A DNA stretch of 64,000 nt. Source: Anthoceros angustus (taxonomy: Eukaryota; Plantae; Anthocerotophyta). Both the position numbers and the translations under genes were made by a program. Of this stretch, positions 1-10,884 are shown in pieces; within the stretch, counting starts at the first letter, position 1, and every line of letters starts with the position of its first letter. The stretch is taken from NCBI GenBank assembly GCA_010909165.1, contig MU008163.1, positions 1,240,001 through 1,304,000 on the forward strand, in the 5' to 3' direction. The notes beneath the pieces are model-generated. The model did no database searches. It was not told the origin of the DNA and saw only the letters and a list, made by a program, of their open reading frames with translations.

Positions 1-1479
1 CCTCGAGCTCCACATCCACCCTCCTGCTCCTCCAAAATGCCCCGATCCCGCCAGGAAGCCGCGAATGCGAGCGCTTGCAACCCGTGAAGCCGCAAAAGCG
101 AGCGACCGACGGTCGGGGAATCAGCGTTTCCGCGCAACGCAGGCTGGCGGCAGGGGCAGCAGCAGCGCCATCGCTGCTGGAGCTGGCGGAGGGAGAAAGA
201 ACAGAAGGGACAGACCGACAGCAGAGACGCCAGGTTCGGGCCGAGCCGGAGCCGGAAGCGGACGCCTGACGGGCAGTCGGTATCGACCGCCCGTCGCCTC
301 CCACCGTATGGTATCGTAATATTACTACACATACGCTGTGATTACGCACGCAGCCAAGCCGCCCGCCCGCCTTGTCGGCCGGGATTAGCTAAGCACGCCC
401 ATTATTCGGAATTTCAAATCGGCGAATATGCCATGCCCATGGCTGCCCATCATTTCTGCAAGGTACCGGCTAAACGGCTAAACTTACCGCGTCCGGCGTC
501 ACAAGTAACGGGACACCATAAAATTAAGCGTATTCGGACAGCCCGCGGCCTCAACGGTCCGTTACCGTCCCAGGGGCGTTTCCGGAAACCAATCACCCGG
601 CGCCGCGTGATTGACAAACGGCCGGCGGGGAGCCGTGTTGAGGTTGGTTCCCGGCCGGGGCAGGATCGAATCGCGAATCAAACGCGCAGTCGTTCAGCTT
701 ATCTTAGTGGGCGCTTCGTTATCTCCTCCGTTGTCGCCTGTCGGTGACATTTGGGTGCATGCGCATGCAATATTTTTGCAAAAACTTGCCACTCTGCCAG
801 ATCTGTGTCGGATGCGGGTCCCGGAGTGGGCAAAAAAGCTGTAAACAAATACCGGATTCCACAACGCGATGCCTGTGCTGGGAGGAGAGAATCTGAAAAG
901 GATCGGAAAAGGTTCGGGAAAGAAGCGTGGAGGAGGATGGGGTTGTGGCTGCAGATTCCGGAACCCAATGGGCTGGTGGCGAGGGATCCAATGTCTGGGT
1001 AGGCGTTGAGGATGCCCGTTGGGATAGAAACGCGGAAGAAACGTTGACGACATGACCCACCACAGCGGTTTGGCTTGCAAATCGGCGTGACCCGGATCCG
1101 ATGACGGTGCACCGGACGGTAATGCGACGTCACACCTATCCGGCAGTTACCTGGTCGCGATCTTACCTGCCCGACTTGTTCTTGTTACTAATCACCTGTA
1201 TGCGCGCCGCAAGGCGTTCCTTCAGATCTTGGGGATTTGGTAAGATAATTCGCTCAATATCTTCTGATCTTAGCCAGCTAATTCGTCCACGATCTCTCAC
1301 AATCTTGTGAAGTGAAGTGATCGAAGGCGGTTGAATGAATTAATAATAATCATGCTGAGAGGATTTCGCATGGCACAGCCGAAGATACTGTATCGAGATT
1401 AGGTTCAATTTTGCCTGTTGCGTTGATGGAACGCAACCTTGGAGCTTCAGTCGTTTTGCTGCTGAGGAAGAAGGGGATC

Positions 1480-2065
1480 ATGGCCGCAGTAGGTGCAGCA
1501 GTCGTGGATGAAGATGCCAGTTGCTTCGAGCGCTCTCAGATGACCTCTCGTCGCTACTGTCAAGTGCGTGTGGCCTTGGCTAGGGTTTTTCCGAGCTGCT
1601 TGTAATTGTGGTGTTGGGAATTCTGGCGGGGTCTAACGACTGCACTAGCTGGGCTGGATGTCGTGTCAGGGTCTGTGAGAAGTCTTTGGAACACGGCAAG
1701 CCCTTCAGCCGGTACCAGAAGCCAGACGCTGTGAAGCAAGGTGAGGAACCAGCTCAGTGAATTCGAGGTAGGAGCCAGAACTGGGGCATCGTGGTGTCAT
1801 ACCCTGTTTAGTAAGGCTTGCTGTTATCAACACTTCAGGTTGGCGGATTGGGAGCCTGTGTCCTGAAACACTGGAGGAGGCCGAAGCGTTAGTTCCGTTT
1901 ATGGAGGTAAGTTTGCCATCCTCCGCGACCGATGGATTGTGCTTGCCATGTTGTAGACCTTCAAGCTGTAATGTGTGATATTTTGTTCAGAAAAAGGGAC
2001 GACTAGATGACATCCAAAATAAGGCGATGCTTGGTTACCTGACGCGAATTAAAAGGTTCGAGTGA
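1480..2065 (+). pseudogene. Degenerate paralog of RNA polymerase II subunit 4 (NRPB4)
   Basis: Aligns by eye with the intact gene at 37376-38249: MAAVGAAVVDEDAS, EKSL..RFSRYQKPDAVKQ, CPETLEEAEALVP, KKGRLDD..IKRFE*. A deletion fuses exon 1 to the end of exon 2, and a second deletion removes intron 3 plus 14 exonic nt. Confidence 0.9.
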
Positions 2066-2111
2066 ACTGCAATCTTTCAACTGGCAAATTTTGTTCGGCG
2101 AGGTCGAGATT

Positions 2112-2328
2112 GACTCCAGCGACCATGGCAAAGTGGTCCGTATGTCTGCATCTGCGTATATGCTTCCTGACATAGTTTTCTCGAAAGAGCTTAGTTTCCA
2201 TGCTGTGCTGTAGGCCAGATTGTGACTCCAGCGACCATGGGAAACTGGTCCGTATGTATGCTTCTGGTTATATGCTTCCTGACATAGTCTTATTGAAGGG
2301 CTTGGTTTCCATGCTGTGCTGTAGGCCA
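2112..2328. repeat. Two tandem copies of a ~110-bp unit (TGACTCCAGCGACCATGG...GTAGGCCAG)
   Basis: Direct repeat seen at ~2112-2218 and ~2223-2328. Confidence 0.8.
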
Positions 2329-2694
2329 GCCCCGTGTCCATTTCTTGTTTGGTGGTCTTGTTCATATTTTTTGTTTGATCTGTCAAGAATAGAGCTGTAA
2401 TCTTGACTATGGTTGTTACGAGTACAGTTCGTGGTCGGGAAGATGGGTAACTTAAGTTTTAAGTTTGACACCAGATGCAAGTAATCTGCTTGGCTAAGGG
2501 TACATCGTCGGGAATGTGGCTTGTTTTTCCAGGAAACCGATCTGTTGAGAGGCATCAGAAGGTCCGTCTACTGTTCAAGTTCAGGGTTGCAGGGAACAGG
2601 TTAGAGGAATGTTACAAGGAAGGCAATGCTTTGTTTGACGTCTGTTTAAGCGTACGTTGTCTGCTGCTCTCTCTCTCACTGCGAGTGCACTCTC

Positions 2695-3050
2695 ATCAGT
2701 AGCAGATGTGATCTCCGACAACTACGTTTGTCTTGGGCCGGCACGAGGCATCGGCTAGTCACACGAGTGTGCACGTAGTGGGTGGTGTAGATGGACACAC
2801 CATCTCGTTGTTGGGAAGACCATCTCTCTTATTGCTCGGCCGCTGGAACATTCCATATCTGGAAGTCGTGGTGGTAGGTTGTTTCTCGATCTTACAAGGC
2901 CCTCTTCCAATAGAGACGTTGGAACCGTAGATGACAGGCGTGGCACGATCCAAGCCAAGGCCTTGTGCCCTGTTGCCATCAGCCTGGTGCGTCGGGCCCT
3001 TCCTGGTAGGCTTGATTCCCTTGGTGAAATCCACCTTTGACCTATCTACA
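2695..3050 (-). pseudogene. 3' fragment of a SAXO/STOP-domain gene
   Basis: Frameshifted match (KGIKP.RKGP, RATPVIYG.NV.IG.GP, VVGDHICY*) to the intact ORF at 38873-39808; downstream flank 2470-2700 resembles 38650-38870. Confidence 0.85.
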
Positions 3051-3094
3051 CGTACCGTAGTCTAAAAGTGATTGCTGCCCTTTTCTTCAGCTCA

Positions 3095-3165
3095 ACTTGC
3101 ATCCATCTGCCAAATTGCATCCAAGGCTGGAGGTAGTGATAGCTTTCTCAGGGAGCCACCTCCCA
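3095..3165 (-). pseudogene. Remnant of the 3' end of an F-box gene of the local family
   Basis: CCAAGGCTGGAGGTAGTGATAGCTTTCTC..GGAGCCACCTCC resembles 35713-35780 and 6330-6400. Confidence 0.55.
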
Positions 3166-3584
3166 ATTTGTCATGTATTTTTGTCTGTCAGTGCGTATGA
3201 TTTGGGAGTCGTCCAATTTCGGTAAATAATTGCTCTCCCAGTGCCTTCATGACTTGAACTTTCTGCTGCACCAGAAACGTCTTAACTTGAGAAGGGGCAG
3301 GAGGACTTGTCAAGGCCCAAGAAGTAGGTAATAGAGAAAGCGAGAAGGCCCATGCCAAAACTGTGCTTGAGCTAGAAGCAGCTTTGGCTGCAAAGGCCAA
3401 GGCGCTGGAAGAGCCTCTTTCGTCGCAGGCAAAGGCGCTAAGGCAGCAAACGGGGCAAGGCTTCAATCTGATGAATCACTTATTAGTGCCAAGAGCAAAG
3501 AGCTTGCCCAGAGAAATAAAGCATGAGAGGCTGAGGTCTCAAAAACTACAGCAACAGATCTCTAAGGTCACAGCCTCCAATCTC

Positions 3585-3710
3585 GCGCTCCCGCTCCCGA
3601 TTCCACCCGCGTCTGCAACATGCCCGACCACTCCACGTTCTGCACTCCGCACGCGATCGCACCAGGCCCACCGGCAGCCCAGGTTGAATCTTGACGCCCA
3701 ACGCAAGAGT
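3585..3710 (-). pseudogene. Remnant of the F-box domain region of the local F-box family
   Basis: GCTCCCGCTCCCGATTCCACCCGC..CCGACCACTCCACGTTC..CGGCAGCCC..TTGAATCTTG matches 7320-7445 and 36740-36862. Confidence 0.75.
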
Positions 3711-3774
3711 TAAATCGGTATCATCGTAACCTAGGGCCGGTAGGGCATGGGCTCGATGATTAACTGCGATGCTG

Positions 3775-3985
3775 TGGTAAAGAAGCTTGTACACACACGG
3801 CAATCGACAACAAGGTAGTGAGCCCGTATCAGAAGCCTTTGGAGCTGATGTCCATTTTGCTGCAGTGCTTCTCAGTGGAAGGGGATTGGATCATCAATGG
3901 ATTGACGGGCAGTGGGTCAACGGCAGTTGCTGGACTTGTTAGTGGAAGAAATGTGATCTCACTTGGCTCTCATAGAAGGTCTTGT
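3775..3985 (+). pseudogene. C-terminal fragment of a beta-class N4-cytosine/N6-adenine DNA methyltransferase (N6_N4_Mtase-like)
   Basis: Translation DNKVVSPYQKPLELMSILLQCFSVEGDWIINGLTGSGSTAVAGLVSGRNVISL fits the (H)PxQKPxxL...GDxVLDxFxGSGTTxxAA...GR SAM-binding segment. The catalytic [D/S]PPY motif is absent from the fragment. Confidence 0.7.
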
Positions 3986-4009
3986 ATGTGCATCAAGCAG
4001 ACGAATATC

Positions 4010-4330
4010 AGGTCCAGGGGATGGCTCTTCAAGCGGACTGGGGTGATGTAACAGTTGCTGTACCGTTGGACTGGCCAGGCCAAGTTTGTGGCTTGTCAGA
4101 TGAGCTTAGCACGATGTGCAAGGCAGCAAGGAGGTATCCTGATTCCAGGCCTACCGTCAAGAGGATTACCAGCAAGAATGGCCTCATATTACCTAGTCAA
4201 GACATGCTCCAGGTCACCAAGTGCTGATGCCTCCTTGGAGATATCCAAGGCCAGGTCATGCATAAGTGAATCTGACTTTAGTTTCTTAACGAGACTGTCA
4301 AGCTGGCATTGCTGCATGTGTGTGTGGTGT
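4010..4330 (-). pseudogene. Degenerate LRR-like coding remnant, duplicated at 12125-12345
   Basis: Near-identical ~220 bp shared with 12125-12345. The minus-strand frame LDSLVKKLKSDSLMHDLALDISKEASALGDLEHVL is LRR-like and contains stops. Confidence 0.45.
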
Positions 4331-4586
4331 GCTTGCTAAAAACGACTATCGCACTTGTCTGCAATGGGCTTGAATTGAGAATTCGAATGCGCATGACGCG
4401 GAATCTCTTCATCGTCTGCTGGAGGTCCTGCTCCTCCACCTCAACGCTGCTGCTGTGAGATATTGTACATGTGTGGTCACCGGAGTGTTTGCACCTAAGC
4501 ACCAGTTTGCAAGCAAAGCTTCTTCTTCCGCACACAGTCTGATATTTAGACGTTTGTTGCTGGAGCAGGAACAGAAGCAATCCAGT

Positions 4587-4847
4587 ATGACCAGCAAAGA
4601 CGTCCCCGATCCCGGTGAGCCTTCTAGTTGGGGACCTCGCGATTACGTAGAACGCACACATGTTAGGGCGTACAAGGTTGCCGCACCCGCTCTAACTATG
4701 TGGGAGAGGATGAGAGGCCAAGGCTACAATGTCCTCAGCATGGCCATGCTTTTCTCCATCTTTCTGCTGTCCACCACGCTTGTGCGCAGGGACAAGGAGA
4801 TCGTGAATCTCAAACAGCAGCTGGGACAGCAGCTGGAAGAGAACCAG
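4587..4847 (+). CDS. Possible first exon of a small protein with one transmembrane helix plus coiled coil
   Basis: MTSKDVPDPG..WERMRGQGYNVLSMAMLFSIFLLSTTLVRRDKEIVNLKQQLGQQLEENQ ends at a CAG|GTGACC donor; no downstream exon identified. Confidence 0.4.
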
Positions 4848-6286
4848 GTGACCTCAATCTGGATGGTGTCAGTGCCTTGAAATGTGATCTACTTTCACAT
4901 GCTTTGACATAATTCACGGCAATTTCGATCAGGAGAGGAGCGAATATCTGAGGCGACACGTGAAAAGTCTGCAAGAGGGGGTGTTGTCTGAATTTGACCA
5001 GGCACGCAACGGCAAGGAGTTGCACCGCAGAGGAGCAAGAGTGCAGGACTTATTTGAGGAGCACTTTCCAGACTACTCGAGCAGATCCAAATCTGCTTGA
5101 ACAAATGTCCCGCCCTCTTTTCCTTGATCAGCGCCACCATGCACTACTGCAATGATCTCCTATTCTTGTGCTGCTGCTATTGTGGAAATGTACAGAGGAA
5201 GAAATGATGCAGCTGCTGCTCTCGTTCACAATTCCTATTGTTCACCATCCCTCCTGTTCACAAGTCCTCTTGTTCACAATCCCTCCTGTTCACAATTCCT
5301 CTTGTTCACAATCCCTCTTGTTTCTCAATTCCTCTTCCTCACTTCACAAGTTCTCTTCTTCACAACAAAATTGCTCCTGGCCAAGATTGATCTTGTCCAA
5401 ATTTGCTGCAAACGCGCGGAAGGGTAACTTGGGGCAAGGAAGTTCGGAAAGGAGATTCCAAGCGCACACCGGATTATGGACATGGTTTTCAGGCAAACCC
5501 TCATTAGGACACGATTGGTGAGAGTCGAGCGGCGGTACTGGTCTGTGTGGTGTGGAAATCGGAGGCGCTCCGGCGGTGATCTAGGTTTTTTCGTTTAGGT
5601 GCATTCTTGTGTTTTTGTGAGAGCTGCTGCAAATCGCAGGCTGGAGAGGTGCGGCTGAAGAAATTCTGGGCTAGCTCGCGACAAAGGAGGTAGATGCAAG
5701 CAGGGATTGGGGAAGGCATGGAAAGTGTGAGAAAGCAGCAGAGAAGCAACAGATGAAGCGGAGAGTGAGGTGGACAGCTCCTGGTGCAAGGGTGTGAAGA
5801 AGAAGAGGTGCCGGAGGCCGATAGCCTGCTGCTGCTGCTCGTCGGCAGCGGACACGGGCGTCGTGGGACCGGTGGTGCAGACTTCATGGAGAGCATCCAG
5901 CAAGACATCAACTCCAGCATGAGAGGAATTCGCATAGACTTAAGACTTAAACACTCTGGATAGAGCAACAAGTTAACTATCCAGGCACAGCCTGGCCGAG
6001 TTGTTTCGAGTTGTAACCAAGTTCTGTCATAAATGCCCGACTGATGGCCAGGGAAGTGAGGTTGGAGATACCTGGGCCCTTGCTAAAACTACGGACAGCC
6101 CCCTGGGAGACAGATTCTTCATGGCACACTGCCTTGAAACTGCCCGCCGGTGATACCCTCGAAAGTCATGTAGCAGCATAGATGCAATCTTCTGTTGAGC
6201 CAGCTCCCAGACTGCCGCGGCAGAGAGGCCAGTGCTAGGCAACTAGGGTTGCTTACCCAACCTGTAGTACATGTAATCGATTGCTG

Positions 6287-7543
6287 CTACGAATCTTGTT
6301 TCCAGCTAATGTACCTTGCATCCAGCTGCAACCAAGGATCGAGGGCGTGATAGGTCTTTCTCTCCAAATCCTTGTAGGGCAAGGAGGGGAGCCACCTCCA
6401 AGCTGGAGGTGTGTGTCGCAAATCGAGAGCCGCGATCTTATCCACTGTCTCATGCATGATGTACACTTCGTCCTGCCCCCCCACAGTCCGCAAGGCAATG
6501 CTGTACTGAAAACCTCCGCGATCCAGGCCTTCTTTCCTCGGGAATTGAGAGAACATGGAAGCGGGCATGGAATCCACCTCCGTCCAGACCCTGCGCACAA
6601 AGTCCACTTCCCAGATCTGCAAACACCGCAACGTAGAACCATTGCTCACACAGGCCGCGCAAAGCACACGGTCCCGCACGTTGATGAGGTTGGAGTAGAG
6701 AATGTCCAAGTCGACAGGGTTGGCCAAGGCCAACCAGCTCCACCTGGCCCGCTTGAGATCGTAGGCCAACAAATCGCCGTTTGTGGAAAAGGAAAAGCAG
6801 TAGAGCACGGTGCCTACAAACACTCCTTGCCCGGACAAGAAGTGGAGCTCGTGTAAGAAGTGGGGGTCCCCAGGCTTCCCTGGCAAGCCGGAGGTTGTCT
6901 CACTCCAGCACCCAAGCTCGGAGTCGAACACAAACGTCGGGACGTCAACAGATAGCTCGTTTACTACCACGAGCTTGAAGGACTTGGCCACGGCGTCCAC
7001 GAACACGCCCCGCACATACGGGATCCCCTGGAGGCCATTCGGGAACGCCGGCAGCCAGATTGCCGAGCGCGTCACCGGGTTGCCGATCAGCGGGAACCTT
7101 GTCTGCCCCTTACCGGGTTGCAGAGAATCCAGCACCATGCCGCCGCCCGCGCTGGCCAGGGGGAATAGCGGTGGGTAGTGGAGCCATGGCGCGACTGGTA
7201 GCTTGTACCAGCGGTCGGAGGCCGGGTTGTAGGCGCACCCTGCGACATGGCGCCACTTGCCTGCCACGCCCGGCGAACTGCTAGCGGGCGCTATGCCTGT
7301 CACGAACAGCAGCCAATCCCGCGCTCCCACTCCCGATTCAAGCCGCTCCTGCAACAAGCCCGACCACTCCACGTTCGCCTTCCAGGCTCTGCACACAGCC
7401 TGTGATCGCACCAGGCTCACCAGCGGCAGCCGAGCTTGAATCTTGGCTGCAACTTCATCCGGCAGCTCGCTATCGCTCCAGGAAACGGAATCGGAAACGG
7501 GATCGGAAACGGAAACCACCTCCTCCTCCACAATCGTATCCAT
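6287..7543 (-). CDS. Intronless F-box protein (418 aa) with a kelch/FBA-like C-terminal region
   Basis: F-box motif LPDEVAAKIQARLPLVSLVRSQAVCRAW, then YNPASDRWYKLP, GNPVTRSAIWLP, LLAYDLKRARW. Paralog at 35684-36937. TATAAA on the minus strand at ~7620-7626. Confidence 0.9.
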   Translation of the reverse strand: MDTIVEEEVVSVSDPVSDSVSWSDSELPDEVAAKIQARLPLVSLVRSQAVCRAWKANVEWSGLLQERLESGVGARDWLLFVTGIAPASSSPGVAGKWRHVAGCAYNPASDRWYKLPVAPWLHYPPLFPLASAGGGMVLDSLQPGKGQTRFPLIGNPVTRSAIWLPAFPNGLQGIPYVRGVFVDAVAKSFKLVVVNELSVDVPTFVFDSELGCWSETTSGLPGKPGDPHFLHELHFLSGQGVFVGTVLYCFSFSTNGDLLAYDLKRARWSWLALANPVDLDILYSNLINVRDRVLCAACVSNGSTLRCLQIWEVDFVRRVWTEVDSMPASMFSQFPRKEGLDRGGFQYSIALRTVGGQDEVYIMHETVDKIAALDLRHTPPAWRWLPSLPYKDLERKTYHALDPWLQLDARYISWKQDS

Positions 7544-7689
7544 CTGGGACCTGGCTCTGCGCTCCCCTCGCGCTGCTGTTGTTGTTGGTGGTGCCGGATA
7601 GATGACAATGAGGACAAGGTTTTATAGGGACGGAGGCTATAGGGACGGAGGCCCTGACTGGGAACTTCACATAAGGAAGACCTACTTGA

Positions 7690-7830
7690 AAGTTTTAGCA
7701 AGTCCATGGTAGGAGCCAAAACTAGAAATTTGGCCATTGTGTTGAATAAGTTTTCTTCTTCGTCCTCCTCTCACACCTGCTATCAACACTATCTATGTAT
7801 ATAGGTTGGCGGATTGGGAAACTTGTGTAC
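7690..7830 (+). pseudogene. NRPB4 intron 4/exon 5 remnant upstream of the F-box gene
   Basis: GTAGGAGCCAAAACT and CTGCTATCAACAC..AGGTTGGCGGATTGGGAAACTTGTGT resemble 37935-38045 and 1768-1860. Confidence 0.5.
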
Positions 7831-7939
7831 CGTCTCAAGTTCCCAAATCGAGGATGGAACACGGAGAGTTATGTCTTTCAAATTTGGGGCCTTCCCGTGA
7901 CCGTCGTCAAGTGTTCATTCTAACAGGCTTGCAAGCAAA

Positions 7940-9120
7940 CTAATGTGCTCTCACCAGGAGCACTGCCTGCCAAGCTTCTTTTAGAAAGCAGTAAGTCCCA
8001 AGTTCAGTAATGGTATGCTATGCATACATACATAGCCTTTGGCCTTGCCATACTCTCTCTATAGTATGAAACCCTATCTCGCTTCTAGGATTGTCCTATA
8101 TACTTCTAGGACTTATTCTCATAACTCTAATATGCGATGTGTTGCACCAATCCTATAGATTTCTAATAGCTTCGCCCGATGGGAAGTGGTGCATTGTAGC
8201 ATTCTGCACCATGTGGTGTTAATCCGAGGTTGGCAGGATCAAGGTAAGGAGAACATCTGATGCTGGAATTCACACTGCCCCGCCTTTGAAAGTGATGGCA
8301 TTGGCGATGAAGTAGGCAGCGTTTACTATCACTGTGGAACTGTTGAACATCGTCAAGGGGCTTCCATTGGCTCCGGAGCTGCTCGCCGTGTCTGCCCATG
8401 CGATTGTGGTTGCCTCGGGTGTGATGATAGGCTTTATGTTCGGGATCTCACACTCTCCAAGCACAGCACAAACTCATTATTAATCTTTAATTGCAATTTC
8501 AAAGATACCTAGTTTGCCTACAGATAACTTTTGCAGACCTGCGAGTTAGGTGTGAAGGAAAGTTGAACTCAGCTTGGTAGCTTCCCGCAAGCATGCAAGT
8601 GAGAATGCGCTGCAGATTGTTGTGAGGAACTGAGTCATCGGATGCCTGGTCTGACATATAGTTTTTTGTTGCTGTTATGACAGACTTCTCCTCAAGGACC
8701 TTTTCCACAGTTGGAACTTGAAGGACCCCAATTTTCAAGCAATTCAGTCTCCACATATGCAATACCATAATAGTTTGCAATTGGTGGGTCTGCATGATGT
8801 TGGGTATGTGACACAATGAAGATGGTGGAAGACATTGACGGAAGAAGCACAGGATCCCATCCGGCCATGCTACTACAAAAATGGCTTCACATCACCGACA
8901 AGATCTTGGCGGTGCCTTGTGTGTGATCAAGTCGGTGCCTCGTTCGAACTATTCAGCCGCTTGATGCGTAAGTACGCAGCTTATTGCAATGTTCTACCCA
9001 TTCTTGTGCCACTGCTGGGGATTTGCAGGAGCAATAAATGAAGCTCCTCTCGTCCAAAACACTGTTGTTGTCGAAAATCACTCTTGTCTAGAATTTATAC
9101 TTGGAAGCGCTGTACATATA
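7940..9120 (-). repeat. Copy 1 of a dispersed chimeric module: pectin methylesterase exon fragments plus an LRR-like segment
   Basis: PME-like IPNIKPIITPEATTIAWADTASSSGANGSPLTMFNSSTVIVNAAYFIANAITFK at 8270-8460; the adjacent 8500-9090 is shared with 11370-11880 and 14430-15060. Confidence 0.75.
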
Positions 9121-9280
9121 TACATGTAATAATGTTTATTGAGGGAAAAACAAATTGATGGGAGAAGTCCATCGAGCATAGGACAACCTCGGGACAACCA
9201 CGACCTCAGGGTCGAGTCGAAAATAAAGAGCAACAAAGCTTCCTACCTCAAGTTACTGACTACAATATGATACGCATAAA

Positions 9281-9455
9281 GAGAAAATGGTTTACAAAAT
9301 ATGGAGAGAAAATGGTTTACAAAATATGGAGAGAAAATGGTTTACAAACTATGGAGAGAAAATGGTTTACAAACTATGGAGAGAAAATGGTTTACAAACT
9401 ATGGAGAGAAAATGGTTTACAAACTATGGAGAGAAAATGGTTTACAAACTATGGA
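9281..9455. repeat. Minisatellite, 7 x 25 bp (GAGAAAATGGTTTACAAAMTATGGA)
   Basis: Seven head-to-tail copies counted; the first two carry A and the last five carry C at the variable position. Confidence 0.97.
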
Positions 9456-9502
9456 GGTAGAGGAGATGCTTCACCCATGTCACTGCTTTGTAGATGATCG
9501 TC

Positions 9503-9632
9503 GTAGAGAAGGTCCATTCAAGGCCAGTTGAAACTCGCTATCTGAATAATGTAGTAAATTAGAGAGTGTAGAGAAGGTCAATTCAAGACCAATTGAAACT
9601 CGTTGTTTGAATAATGCAGTAAATTAGTGAGA
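9503..9632. repeat. Tandem duplication of a ~65-bp unit
   Basis: GTAGAGAAGGTC..TTGAAACTCG..TGAATAATG.AGTAAATTAG occurs twice. Confidence 0.8.
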
Positions 9633-10039
9633 TAACCCTGCTCCGTGCCTGCAGGCATAATGAGCCTTAATGTAGGATTTGAGAAAAAATTTGGTCAAAG
9701 TCCTCAACCAATGACTATATGTTTCGAGGGCGAGTAGAATGAACGGTGTCCATTTGCATCCCACTATATTTTCTCACTTTCACAGCCACAACTCCAACAG
9801 CCCAACCTGAAGGTTAGTAATAAGTTGTGTAAACATGAGTCGCGAATAGGGTTAGTTACCACCACAGGATTGGTTACCACCACGTCTACCCACGAAAACC
9901 GGGTCGTTGCATACCAAGTACAAACAGTGTAACCTGCTCCCTCATGCCATGCCTTATAATATATAAGTGATCTACTCATCTTGTTTCTAGATAACGTTGA
10001 AACCAGCTGCCGAATTGCGACCAACGGATGGTTTTTCTC

Positions 10040-10130
10040 TAAAGCTTCTTGTAGGGCAAGGAGGGGAGCCGCCTCCAAGCTTCAGGCGTGTGTCGCAGCG
10101 GGCATGGAATCTACTTATCCATATCATGCG
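10040..10130 (-). pseudogene. F-box gene 3' remnant
   Basis: TGTAGGGCAAGGAGGGGAGCCGCCTCCAAGC..GTGTGTCGCA matches 6373-6420. Confidence 0.7.
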
Positions 10131-10210
10131 CGCTAAGTCCATTTCCCAGAGATATCCAGAGCAAAAGTGGTAACACTCGGTGAGAGGGCTAGCTTGCTAG
10201 CTTCAATTAC

Positions 10211-10870
<660 letters not shown>

Positions 10871-10884
10871 TGTCTAACAAGCTA

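Noticed and set aside
694-1133. Minus-strand ORFs with a faint F-box-like ILFRF..WN stretch
   Set aside because: The similarity is too weak and spread over several frames; not supportable.
9281-9455. CRISPR-like array
   Set aside because: The units are contiguous with no unique spacers, there are no cas genes, and the context is eukaryotic. It is a minisatellite.
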